DNA from: an uncultured Gemmatimonadales bacterium
GTDB lineage: Bacteria > Gemmatimonadota > Gemmatimonadetes > Longimicrobiales > RSA9
Assembly: GCA_963741945.1 (NCBI GenBank)
Contig: CAVUKA010000003.1
Coordinates: 128,001 to 192,000 of the forward strand
Direction: 5' to 3'
Length of the DNA stretch: 64,000 bases
Of the stretch, positions 19,285 through 27,688 are shown in pieces (position 1 is the first letter of the stretch; each line of letters starts with the position of its first letter). Made by a program: the position numbers and the translations under genes. The notes beneath the pieces are model-generated. The model worked only from the letters and a program-made list of their open reading frames with translations, did no database searches and was not told where the DNA came from.

Positions 19285-19484
19285 GGCCCCCTCCGTTCAC
19301 ACTGCGTCCGGGGCGACCGCCTGCGGCAGCGGACGCGTTTCCTGCAGATGCAGCCCCCCGCTGACAGGAGGGCGAGTGGTGAGCGGCCGGACCCTGCGCG
19401 CCGCCCTCCGACAATGTTGCGCCGGCACTGGCGAAGACGCCATCGGGAAAATCCGCATTCCATGTAGGAAATCGGCTGAATCCC

Positions 19485-19514
19485 TTGCATCACACGGGAC
19501 TCCAGGGGCATATT
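19485..19514 (+). promoter_or_regulatory. Putative sigma70 promoter
   Basis: TTGCAT (19485-19490), 18-nt spacer, CATATT (19509-19514), in a locally AT-richer intergenic region. Confidence 0.5.
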
Positions 19515-19520
19515 TCAACG

Positions 19521-19609
19521 GCCCAGAAAAGGGTGGAGCGGGACGAAGCGATCCCCCTCCACTGATAGACAGCCCGCCGGAGGGAGTCACTCCGTCGGGC
19601 TTTTCGCTT
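19521..19609 (+). ncRNA. Candidate small RNA or attenuator/riboswitch-like leader (two hairpins, the second terminator-like)
   Basis: Hairpin 1: GTGGAGCGGGA/TCCCCCTCCAC (19533-19562). Hairpin 2: AGCCCGCCGGAG/CTCCGTCGGGCT (19571-19601) followed by TTTCGCTT. No known family recognised. Confidence 0.45.
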
Positions 19610-19649
19610 GATGGTCGGCCGACAGGGCTCAACGCAGCAAGGAGCAGGC

Positions 19650-19907
19650 ATGAGCGGCACGTACAGGCACCTGAGCCCCGGCCGGTATCGCTTGACTGTG
19701 GACGCCGGTCAGGGCCCGGCGGGGATCCGCCGCCCCGATGGCCATGATGTGGTGGTCGGAGTGGAGGGCGGCGTCCGAACCTTCTCCATCAACAATGGAG
19801 AACGGGTCTACTACTGGTGGCGCGGTCCGGCGCCGCGCACCGGTGTCCGGCTGGCTCCGACGGAGAGGTCGGGCTCCCGCCCGCTGGTGACGGTCCCGTC
19901 CGCTTAG
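19650..19907 (+). CDS. Hypothetical 85-aa protein
   Basis: AAGGAG RBS, ATG 19650, followed by a strong hairpin; no recognised motif. Confidence 0.6.
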   Translation: MSGTYRHLSPGRYRLTVDAGQGPAGIRRPDGHDVVVGVEGGVRTFSINNGERVYYWWRGPAPRTGVRLAPTERSGSRPLVTVPSA

Positions 19908-19930
19908 CGAGGCCGGCTGGAAAGGAGAGA

Positions 19931-19963
19931 GGGGGGCGGGCCGTGCGTCACGGCCCGCCCCCC
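19931..19963. terminator. Probable bidirectional terminator hairpin
   Basis: Perfect 15-bp stem GGGGGGCGGGCCGTG/CACGGCCCGCCCCCC with purine- and pyrimidine-rich flanks, between convergent genes. Confidence 0.7.
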
Positions 19964-19986
19964 TTCCTTTCTCCCCGTGGAACGCC

Positions 19987-21165
19987 TCAGCCGTCGAGAT
20001 AGAGGATGTCCGCCGGGATCATGACCCATTCGCCGAGCGTCACGAGGTCGGAAAGTCCGATCCAGATCTGCTCGAGCGCCGTCACTTCCGGCTGCGTGAG
20101 TGCCGAACCGTCGCCCCGCAGGAACCGGGGGTCGCCATCGAAGCCTCCCACGCGCACCACTTCCCGCCCCTCCGTCCAAACGCCGCCATCCAGCGCATCG
20201 GTCTCGTCGATGCTCACGTCGAGCTGCACTTCCGAGGTCGTGCCCGGGTCGAACGAGCCGACGAACCGGAGCGTGGCCCAGGCCGCCGCGTTGAACGCGC
20301 TGCGCGCATCCACGGTCAGCAGCACCGGCGTGCCCGCCCCTGGCGTCTGGAGCGCGTAGTCCAGCACGAGCGCATCGGTGTTCCCGGCCTGGCTCCAGCT
20401 GTAGTCCTGGATCAGGTCGAACGCCACCTGGCTGGCGGGCTCACCGATTTCGCCCGTTGCATCCAGCGTCAGGCTCCCTTCCGACGTCGTCCCGGTCACG
20501 GACATGTCGACCGTGTAGTCGGCCAGGGTCACGGAGAAGGAGACGCCTGCTTCCACGACCCGCACGCCCACCCGCTCGGACAGCGTGCGGTCCTCGTCCG
20601 TGAGATCGATGTAGCCGATTTCGGTCAGTGGCTGTGACGGGTAGCCGCTGCTCGAGCTCATGGCGTAGAGCACGAGTCGGACGCCGTTTGCGGGGGCGCC
20701 CGGGCGGTCCGAGACCAGGTAGCCGGCGATGGGGTCCCAGACCAGTGTGTAGCCGCGGATCCCCGCGGGCATGGTCACTCTCGCCTGCGTCCGGCTCTCG
20801 CCCGCCGGGGTGCCGCGGCGGGCCAGAATCGCGTCGGCCGCCGCCCGGAATCGTTCGGGCCCCGGTACGAGCCGGGCCTGTGGCCGCCCCCACGCCCGCA
20901 GCGCCGGCTCGAGCGCTGCCGCGCCGGCGGCCAGAGCGGCGGCGCTCGTGCCGTAGCCGTAGTCGGCCACGGTCGCCGTGGCCAGGCTGAGGCCGAGGAA
21001 CGCGTTCTCGCTGGCGTTCAGCGGGTCCACCACTGCGTTCAGCTGCTGCAGTGTGCGCGTGGGGTCGTAGTCGGGGAGCGGCTCGACAGGGGTGTCGCCG
21101 CACGCCCCCAGGAAGACGGCCGAGGCCGTCAGCAGCACCGGTCGGACGCGCGTCAGCGTGGTCAT
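19987..21165 (-). CDS. Hypothetical lipoprotein
   Basis: Signal peptide ending in lipobox FLGA-C; 392 aa with a beta-rich C-terminal half. Confidence 0.78.
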   Translation of the reverse strand: MTTLTRVRPVLLTASAVFLGACGDTPVEPLPDYDPTRTLQQLNAVVDPLNASENAFLGLSLATATVADYGYGTSAAALAAGAAALEPALRAWGRPQARLVPGPERFRAAADAILARRGTPAGESRTQARVTMPAGIRGYTLVWDPIAGYLVSDRPGAPANGVRLVLYAMSSSSGYPSQPLTEIGYIDLTDEDRTLSERVGVRVVEAGVSFSVTLADYTVDMSVTGTTSEGSLTLDATGEIGEPASQVAFDLIQDYSWSQAGNTDALVLDYALQTPGAGTPVLLTVDARSAFNAAAWATLRFVGSFDPGTTSEVQLDVSIDETDALDGGVWTEGREVVRVGGFDGDPRFLRGDGSALTQPEVTALEQIWIGLSDLVTLGEWVMIPADILYLDG

Positions 21166-21193
21166 ACGACTGCTCCGTTCGGAGGAGTGCGGG

Positions 21194-21227
21194 AAAGGGG
21201 GCGGTCCTCTCTGGTAGGACCGCCCCC
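21194..21227 (-). terminator. Probable terminator after purH
   Basis: 12-bp stem GGGGGCGGTCCT/AGGACCGCCCCC followed by TTT on the minus strand; an outer TGCGGGAA/TTCCCGCA repeat extends it. Confidence 0.6.
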
Positions 21228-21260
21228 GGGCAAAAGTTCCCGCAAACGTCCCCGCAGTCG

Positions 21261-22829
21261 TCAGTGCCGGAACACTCGCCGCCCCGTGAACACCATCGCC
21301 ATCCCGTGCTCGTCCGCCGCGGCGATCACCTCTTCATCGCGGACTGAGCCGCCCGGCTGGATGATGGCCGAGACGCCCGCCTCCGCGGCCGCATCCACAC
21401 CATCACGGAAGGGGAAGAACGCATCCGAAGCCATGATCGCGCCGGACAGGTCCACCCCCTGGTCGTGCGCTTTCATGACCGCGAGCCGGGAGGAGTCCAC
21501 CCTGCTCATCTGGCCGGCGCCGATCCCCACGGTGCGACGATCCTTTGCCAGCACGATGGCGTTCGACTTCACCAGGGCCACGGCCCGCCAGCCGAAGCGC
21601 AGGTCCCCCCATTCCGCTTCCGATGGGGCACGGCCGGTGATCACGCGCCACTCTCCCTCCGGGAACTCCAGCCGCATCCTGGCCTGCACCAGCAGACCGC
21701 CGCGAACGCGTCGGTAGTCTTTCTCCCCCGTGGACGAAGACGCCACCGGCAGCTCCAGCAGCCGCAGGTTCTTCTTCTGTCCCAGGATCTCCCGCGCGTC
21801 CGCATCGAAGCCGGGCGCCACGATCACTTCCAGGAAATGCGACGCCATGGCCTCCGCGGCCACTGCGTCCACGGGAATGTTGAGGGCGACGATGCCGCCG
21901 AACGCCGACGCCGGATCGCACGCCAGCGCGCGGCGGTATGCGTCCGCCCCATCGTCGCCGAGCGCCAGTCCGCAGGGCGTGGTGTGCTTCACGATGCAGC
22001 ACGCCACTGCCTCGTTCGCCTGCCACGCGCCCGCGCCCATGACCGCGCCATCCACGTCGATCAGGTTGTTGTACGAGAGCTCCTTCCCGTGCAGCTGCCG
22101 CAGCCGGGGAACGCTGTCCGAGGGCGCCGACCGCTCCGCGTAGAAGGCTGCAGGCTGATCGGGGTTTTCGCCATAACGGAGCTCCTGGACTTTCTCGAGC
22201 TCCAGCACGAGCGACGACGGGAACTCGCCGTCAGCGCCGAGCTCCGCGTCCGGCTCCTCCTGCCGCCGAAAGTAGCCGGCAATGGCGGCATCGTAATCGG
22301 CCGTGTGCGCGAACACCTTGCCGGCCAGCGCGCGGCGCAGCGCAGTGTCGACGCCGCTCCCGCCGAGTGCGTCGAGCACTCGGCCGTAGTCGGCCGGGTC
22401 CACCACCACCAGCACACGGTCGTGGTTCTTGGCTGCCGACCGCAGCATGGTTGGACCGCCTATGTCGATGTTCTCCATGGCAGTCTCGAAGTCGGCGCCC
22501 CCGGCGACGGTCTCCCGGAACGGATAGAGATTGACCACTACCAGGTCGAACGGCGCATAGCCGTGCCGCTCCAGCGCGTCCGCGTCCTCCTGGTGCCCGG
22601 CGCGCGCCAGAATGCCGGCGTGGACCGCCGGGTGGAGCGTCTTCACCCGGCCGTCCATCATCTCCGGGTGCCCTGTCACTTCGCTCACATCCCCCACGTC
22701 GAGCCCCGCTTCCCGGAGCATGGACGCTGTGCCCCCGGTGGAAACCAGCTCCCACCCCAGGCCTGCCAGGCCGCGGGCGAACTCGGCCACACCGCTCTTG
22801 TCGGAAACGCTCAGGATCGCTCTCGGCAT
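21261..22829 (-). CDS. purH: Bifunctional AICAR transformylase/IMP cyclohydrolase
   Basis: AILSVSDK, GRVKTLHP, IDIGGPTM, LRYGENP, SDAFFPF, IIQPGGS motifs and C-terminal FRH. Confidence 0.98.
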   Translation of the reverse strand: MPRAILSVSDKSGVAEFARGLAGLGWELVSTGGTASMLREAGLDVGDVSEVTGHPEMMDGRVKTLHPAVHAGILARAGHQEDADALERHGYAPFDLVVVNLYPFRETVAGGADFETAMENIDIGGPTMLRSAAKNHDRVLVVVDPADYGRVLDALGGSGVDTALRRALAGKVFAHTADYDAAIAGYFRRQEEPDAELGADGEFPSSLVLELEKVQELRYGENPDQPAAFYAERSAPSDSVPRLRQLHGKELSYNNLIDVDGAVMGAGAWQANEAVACCIVKHTTPCGLALGDDGADAYRRALACDPASAFGGIVALNIPVDAVAAEAMASHFLEVIVAPGFDADAREILGQKKNLRLLELPVASSSTGEKDYRRVRGGLLVQARMRLEFPEGEWRVITGRAPSEAEWGDLRFGWRAVALVKSNAIVLAKDRRTVGIGAGQMSRVDSSRLAVMKAHDQGVDLSGAIMASDAFFPFRDGVDAAAEAGVSAIIQPGGSVRDEEVIAAADEHGMAMVFTGRRVFRH

Positions 22830-22841
22830 CGGTTCTCCGGT

Positions 22842-23561
22842 TCAGTCGAGCCCGAACAGCCGGCGAACTCCGCGGGCGTCCGGCTTGTCGCTCTCATCCA
22901 GGCAGAAGCCCACGTTCTCGCTCACCGCGAGCGGTGTGGCGTTCCGCACGGCCTCGATCGCACTCTCTCCCTCGGCCGCCGCCAGCACGTGGGCGAGCCA
23001 TTCCACGGCCGTCGGATAGAGAACGTGCTCCACGCGCAGGACGCGACTGGCCAGCGTCTCCGGCGTGTCGTCCTCCAGCACGGGGACAGGCCACTGGGCC
23101 AGCACTCGCCCGGCGTCGTAGCGTTCGTTCACGAAGTGCACGGTGGCACCGGTGATCCGGCAGCCGGAGTCGAGCACGGCTCTGTGCACTTTCCTCCCGT
23201 ACATCCCCTTCCCTCCGAACGCGGGCAGCAGGGCCGGGTGGATGTTGAGGATGCGGTAGGCGAAGCGCCGCACCACATCCGCCGGCAGGAGCCGGACATA
23301 GCCGGCCAGCGCCACCACGTCCGCGGAAGCGGACCCCAGCGCGTCCAGGAGATCGGCCGTCACCGCCGCGATCGGGCGGGTCTTCACCGGAATCACGTGC
23401 GCCGGGATCCCGGCGCTCCGCGCCCGCGCCTCGGCGCCGGTGTCCGGCCGGTCCGTCACGACCAGCGCGATCCGCGCCAGCTGACTCGCCTGGAAATGAT
23501 CCATCAGCGCCTGGAGGTTCGTTCCGCCTCCAGACGCGAACACCGCGATGCGTACGCTCAT
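22842..23561 (-). CDS. purN: Phosphoribosylglycinamide formyltransferase
   Basis: Start ATG 23561 (MSVRIAVFASGGGTNLQAL); LNIHPALLPAFGG and GATVHFV...YDAG motifs. Confidence 0.95.
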   Translation of the reverse strand: MSVRIAVFASGGGTNLQALMDHFQASQLARIALVVTDRPDTGAEARARSAGIPAHVIPVKTRPIAAVTADLLDALGSASADVVALAGYVRLLPADVVRRFAYRILNIHPALLPAFGGKGMYGRKVHRAVLDSGCRITGATVHFVNERYDAGRVLAQWPVPVLEDDTPETLASRVLRVEHVLYPTAVEWLAHVLAAAEGESAIEAVRNATPLAVSENVGFCLDESDKPDARGVRRLFGLD

Positions 23562-24223
23562 GCCAGCTCCCCCGGGAAATTGGGTGACAGGAACGGGTTC
23601 GTACGACGCTCCCGACCGACCGTGGTCACCGGTCCATGCCCGGAGTACAGCCGGGTTTCGTCCGGTAACGTGAGCACCTGCTGACGAATCGAGCGGAACA
23701 GCTCCGTCGCGCTCCCTCCGGGCAGGTCCGTGCGACCCACGGCCCCCTCGAACACGACGTCGCCCACGAACGCCACGCCCGCTTCCCCGCTGTACAGGAT
23801 GACGTGGCCCGGCGAATGGCCGGGCGCGTGCCGCACGTCCAGCGCGCACGCCCCGATCGCCACCGTCTGGCCCGCAGTCAGGTCGGCATCGGGCGGTGGT
23901 GGATCTTCCACGGGATACCCGAACATCTCGCCCTGTTCCACGACGGCGTCGTAGAGGGGCCGGTCCGCGGGGTGCAGATGGATCGGCGCGGGGACGCGCC
24001 TCGCCAGCTCCGCGACGCCCTCCACGTGGTCCAGGTGGGCGTGCGTCAGCAGGATCGCCACGAGCGGCTCGCCCGCTTCTTTGAGCGCGGCCGCCATGGC
24101 CCCCGCTTCGGCGCCCGGATCAATGGCGGCCCATTCGCCGCTGCGGTTGCAGCGCACCAGATACGCGTTCTCACCGAACGCCCGGGATGTGAACGTCAGG
24201 ATCTTCAGCGGTTCCGCCGTCAT
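23558..24223 (-). CDS. MBL-fold metallo-hydrolase (glyoxalase II/YcbL-like)
   Basis: THAHLDH, PGHSPGH, GDVVF, GRTDLPGG and SGHG motifs; start ATG 24223. Confidence 0.92.
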   Translation of the reverse strand: MTAEPLKILTFTSRAFGENAYLVRCNRSGEWAAIDPGAEAGAMAAALKEAGEPLVAILLTHAHLDHVEGVAELARRVPAPIHLHPADRPLYDAVVEQGEMFGYPVEDPPPPDADLTAGQTVAIGACALDVRHAPGHSPGHVILYSGEAGVAFVGDVVFEGAVGRTDLPGGSATELFRSIRQQVLTLPDETRLYSGHGPVTTVGRERRTNPFLSPNFPGELA

Positions 24224-24254
24224 GCGCCCCCGTTTCACGGTCTGGCCGGGGGTC

Positions 24255-24283
24255 AAGCTATCACGACAGCGGGGCCGGGTCCA
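24255..24283 (-). promoter_or_regulatory. Putative sigma70 promoter for MBL-purN-purH
   Basis: TGGACC, 17-nt spacer, TAGCTT with an extended -10 TG on the minus strand. Confidence 0.45.
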
Positions 24284-26426
24284 CACGCGCAGCCGGGACG
24301 AGCGGCAATTCGAGGGTGAATTCGCTCCAGCTCCCTTCTTCGCTCTCCAGCCGTATGTCGCCACCCAGCAACCGCGCCAGTCGTCGTGCCACGGCCAGGC
24401 CCAGCCCCGTGCCCCCCCTCTCGGGCCGGCACCCGCTCTCCACTCGCCAGTACGGCTCGAAGACCTTCTCCCGGTGCACGGCCGCGATCCCCGCTCCGGT
24501 ATCCCGAACCCGGCAGCGGATGCGGTCTCCCGCCGATTCGAGCGCCAGCTCGACCCACCCCGATCGGGTGTACTTCACTGCGTTCGAGAGCAGGTTGATC
24601 AGGATCTGCCGCACTTTCGGCGCATCGGTGCTCACGTGGAGCGGCGCGTCGGGCAAGCGGGTCCGCAGCGAGAGACCGGCCGCGTCGGCCATGGGCCGCA
24701 CCAGCTCCGCCGCTTCTCCCACGAGCGCTACCATCTCAACGGCCGCGGTCCGCACCCGCTCCTCCCGACCCGCCTCCATTCTTGCAAACGTCAGGACCTC
24801 GTCCACCAGGTACGACAGGTGGCGCACGCTCGCCTTCACCCGGTCCAGGTGCTCGCGCTGCCTGGCGTTCACGGGGCCATGGACCGCCGCGCTCAGGAGG
24901 TCCGTGTAGCCGAGGATCGCGCTCAGCGGAGTCCTGAACTCGTGCGACACCACGGCCAGGAAGCTCGCCTTGGACTGGTCCGCGAGCCGCGCATGTTCGT
25001 ACAGCAGCGCGTTGTCCAGCGCGAGCGCCGCCCGCCGCGCGACCTCCTCGAGCAGTTGCCGCTCCGACTGTCCCCAGCCGCCGCCGGCCCGCACCACCAT
25101 GACCGCCCCGAGCACGCGTTCGCGCACAACCAGCGGGAACACCAGCGCGCACCCTGATCCCAGCGCGGCCAGGCTCGCCTCCCGCCCCTCCGGGTGCCCG
25201 GACACGCTCCCCTCCAGCGCCAGATCCGCGGCTTCATCCACGGCCACGGTCGTTCGACCGCGCACCGCCCGGGAGACCGCATGGTCCTGTGACAGCTCCA
25301 CGGTTCCGACGGCGAGCGGGGCCATCAGCGCCGCCCTGGCCACCTCGGCGTGCGCGGCCGCGGCACGCTCCAGAACGGTCGCGGTCATCCGGTAGACAAC
25401 GCACCAGTCCGCGTGCCGCCTCACCAGCAGATTCGCCAGCGCCCCGAGCGTCGATGCCGCGTCCAGCGAGCCGTGCAGCACGCCCGTGGCCTCCTCCAGG
25501 AAGTCACGGCGTCCGGCTTCCGCGCGCGCTTCGGTGACGTCGAGCACCGTGGCCACCGCAGCCAGGTGACGGCCCTGTCCGTCACACACCGGGGCCGAGC
25601 TCATGTGCACGGTCCCGGTGCTCCCGTCCCCCCGCCGGATCACGACATCCTCCCCCAGCACCGTTTCGCCCTGGCTGACCGTCCGCGCCAGCGGCCACGC
25701 CGATGGCGCCAGCGGGGACCCGTCCGCGTCGAGCCCGCCCCAGTCCCGGTAATCCTCCAGTGACCCGGCGTTCTCGAAGGGCCGCCCCCAGATCCTCGAC
25801 ACCTGGGAATTCGACAGCAGTACGCGCCCGCTGGGGACATCGGCCAGGAGGACGCCGGCCGGAAGCTGCTTCACGACGGATTCCAGCACCGAGCGCTCCG
25901 CCTCGAACCGCAACAGAAGCTCCGCGCGGTCCTGGTCCGTCCGCTCCCGCCACACTGCGAACGCAAGGTAGGACGCCACGGCCGCCATCACCCGCACCTC
26001 GCTCGCCTCGAACGGCTCCGCCCGAGTCCGCAACAGCACGATCTCACCCACCAGGTGGCCGCGGTGCACCAGCGGGACGCACGCGAGCGCGCGGATGCCC
26101 TCGCGCGACAACGTCTGCCGGACTACCGCCACTCGCGCATCAGACCCCACGTCCGCCACCACCACCGGCTCCGCGCCCCGGGCATCCATCGGCCACGGTG
26201 CGAAACCTTCCAGCCCCTCCTCGCCATCCTTCGACAGACCCTGCGACACCTCGATCCCCATCTGCTTCGCGTCGGCCAGCATCAGCACGCCGCCGCTCGC
26301 GTCCATCGCCCCGCAGAGAGATTCGAGGGCGTCACGCTGCACCAGGGCGGCAGGGTCGGGTCCCTGCACCCGCTCGGCGATCGAGAGGAGGAGCGTGAGC
26401 TCCCTCAGCTGTTTCTGATCCTTCAT
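24261..26426 (-). CDS. Cytoplasmic GAF-PAS-GAF sensor histidine kinase
   Basis: H-box SHEFRTPL, N-box NLLSNAVKYT, DTGAGI and GGTGLGL; two GAF-like regions and one PAS; no TM segment or receiver domain. Confidence 0.92.
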   Translation of the reverse strand: MKDQKQLRELTLLLSIAERVQGPDPAALVQRDALESLCGAMDASGGVLMLADAKQMGIEVSQGLSKDGEEGLEGFAPWPMDARGAEPVVVADVGSDARVAVVRQTLSREGIRALACVPLVHRGHLVGEIVLLRTRAEPFEASEVRVMAAVASYLAFAVWRERTDQDRAELLLRFEAERSVLESVVKQLPAGVLLADVPSGRVLLSNSQVSRIWGRPFENAGSLEDYRDWGGLDADGSPLAPSAWPLARTVSQGETVLGEDVVIRRGDGSTGTVHMSSAPVCDGQGRHLAAVATVLDVTEARAEAGRRDFLEEATGVLHGSLDAASTLGALANLLVRRHADWCVVYRMTATVLERAAAAHAEVARAALMAPLAVGTVELSQDHAVSRAVRGRTTVAVDEAADLALEGSVSGHPEGREASLAALGSGCALVFPLVVRERVLGAVMVVRAGGGWGQSERQLLEEVARRAALALDNALLYEHARLADQSKASFLAVVSHEFRTPLSAILGYTDLLSAAVHGPVNARQREHLDRVKASVRHLSYLVDEVLTFARMEAGREERVRTAAVEMVALVGEAAELVRPMADAAGLSLRTRLPDAPLHVSTDAPKVRQILINLLSNAVKYTRSGWVELALESAGDRIRCRVRDTGAGIAAVHREKVFEPYWRVESGCRPERGGTGLGLAVARRLARLLGGDIRLESEEGSWSEFTLELPLVPAARVDPAPLS

Positions 26427-26519
26427 GAGATGGGAACCGTGCGGAGCCGGACTCGTCGGAAGCGGAGGCGCCGCGCTTCGGCTTATCTGCGCAAGGGTGG
26501 AACTGCCGGGATGGCTCCC

Positions 26520-26548
26520 AATATCGTCGCCGGCGCACGAACGGGCAA
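26520..26548 (-). promoter_or_regulatory. Putative sigma70 promoter for the histidine kinase
   Basis: TTGCCC, 17-nt spacer, GATATT on the minus strand. Confidence 0.4.
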
Positions 26549-26613
26549 CGATTTTCCGTCCGGCGCCGCCCGGTTCCGCCAGTCCCCGGCCCGCGCTCCA
26601 GAGATGGATGCGA

Positions 26614-26647
26614 ACGGGGCCCGGACGCGTGTGCGTCCGGGCCCCGT
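26614..26647 (-). terminator. Probable terminator hairpin after erpA
   Basis: Perfect 15-bp stem ACGGGGCCCGGACGC/GCGTCCGGGCCCCGT about 20 nt past the stop; weak U-tract. Confidence 0.6.
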
Positions 26648-26668
26648 CTCTCGCGACGGATCAGGCGG

Positions 26669-26998
26669 TCAGGCGGTGAACGAGCTCCCGCAGCCGCAGC
26701 CACCCGTTGCATTCGGGTTCTTGAACGTGAAGCCCGACCCCATCATGGTGGTGACGTAGTCGATCTCCACGCCATCCAGATACTGCCCGCTGAAGGGGTC
26801 GACGAAGAGGCGGAGCCCGTTCAGATCGAGGACGTCGTCGTCATCCTGGGGCTCGTCCTCGATGTTCAGCCCGTACTGAAACCCGGAGCACCCACCCGGG
26901 AGAACGGCCACTCGCAGTCCGGCCGTGTCCGTTGCGCCCTGCTCCTCCATGAACTTCTGCACCTCCGCCACCGCATTGGGCGTGACCGTGATGGTCAT
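26669..26998 (-). CDS. erpA: A-type Fe-S cluster carrier (ErpA/IscA/HesB family)
   Basis: GGCSGFQY and NPNATGGCGCGSSF motifs; GGAGG RBS. erpA versus iscA cannot be resolved by eye. Confidence 0.92.
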   Translation of the reverse strand: MTITVTPNAVAEVQKFMEEQGATDTAGLRVAVLPGGCSGFQYGLNIEDEPQDDDDVLDLNGLRLFVDPFSGQYLDGVEIDYVTTMMGSGFTFKNPNATGGCGCGSSFTA

Positions 26999-27042
26999 GG
27001 CTCCTCCCTGCTCGTTTCCCGTTCAGTGATCCGACGCAACCG

Positions 27043-27063
27043 TGTACCCCCTATGGGGGTGCA
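27043..27063. promoter_or_regulatory. CsoR/RcnR-family-like operator (or 5'-UTR hairpin) upstream of erpA
   Basis: Near-palindrome TGTACCCCC-TAT-GGGGGTGCA just downstream of the predicted transcription start. Confidence 0.45.
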
Positions 27064-27075
27064 GGTTTCGCGCCT

Positions 27076-27104
27076 ACGTTATCGGCGCCGGCCCGGGGTG
27101 TCAA
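27076..27104 (-). promoter_or_regulatory. sigma70 promoter of erpA
   Basis: Consensus TTGACA (27104-27099), 17-nt spacer, TAACGT (27081-27076), overlapping the gmhB 3' end. Confidence 0.7.
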
Positions 27105-27660
27105 CGCCGCCCGGCCGGGCGAGCACCGCCTCGGCCGCAACCTGCAGATCGCGGACCACCTGCACCTCCTGCGGCGCCTCGCGCCCCTCCTCCCGACCAT
27201 AGCCGGTGGTGACGAGGATCGCTCGGGCGCCCCAGCGCGAGGCCGCGCTGATGTCGCGGAGCCGATCGCCGATGAAGACCGAGCGGGCGAGGTCGAGACC
27301 CAGCTCCCGCGCCGCCCGCTCGAAAAGGCCCGGCCTGGGCTTGCGGCACTCGCAGGGGCCGGTGAATTCCGGGTGGTGTGGACAGTGGTAGCTGCCTGCG
27401 ATCGCCACGTCAGCATCGCCGAGGCGGCGCACCATCTCGCGCTGAACGGCCACGTAGTCCGCCTCGGCGTACAGGCCGCGGGCGATCCCGGACTGGTTCG
27501 ACACCACCACCAGGACGTAGCCGGCCTCCTGCAGCCGGCGGAGCCCTTGCACGGCGCCCGGCAGCAGCTCGACCCCCTGCGGGTCCGAAAGGTACTCCCG
27601 CTCACGGATGATCGTCCCGTCCCGATCCAGGAATGCCGCCGGTCGGCCGCGCGGACGCAT
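27079..27660 (-). CDS. gmhB: D,D-heptose 1,7-bisphosphate phosphatase (HAD-IIIA)
   Basis: FLDRDGTI, VSNQSGIARG, CPHHP...CECRKP and FIGDRLRD motifs; start ATG 27660 (alternative 27696). Confidence 0.88.
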   Translation of the reverse strand: MRPRGRPAAFLDRDGTIIREREYLSDPQGVELLPGAVQGLRRLQEAGYVLVVVSNQSGIARGLYAEADYVAVQREMVRRLGDADVAIAGSYHCPHHPEFTGPCECRKPRPGLFERAARELGLDLARSVFIGDRLRDISAASRWGARAILVTTGYGREEGREAPQEVQVVRDLQVAAEAVLARPGGVDTPGRRR

Positions 27661-27688
27661 CGCAGCCTCTTCGGTGCGGTGGACCCGC

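Noticed and set aside
19474-19560. GCTGAATCC resembling the start of a c-di-AMP (ydaO) riboswitch, and GGGACGAAGC resembling c-di-GMP-I
   Set aside because: The downstream conserved blocks of both families are absent, and GCTGAATCC lies upstream of the predicted promoter.
1-21165. Accessory region as a mobile genomic island
   Set aside because: No integrase, transposase, tRNA, flanking direct repeat or obvious compositional shift is visible in the window.
26427-26668. Possible tRNA-Sec or other RNA gene near selA
   Set aside because: No cloverleaf or T-loop GTTCRA motif; the region is explained by a terminator and a promoter.
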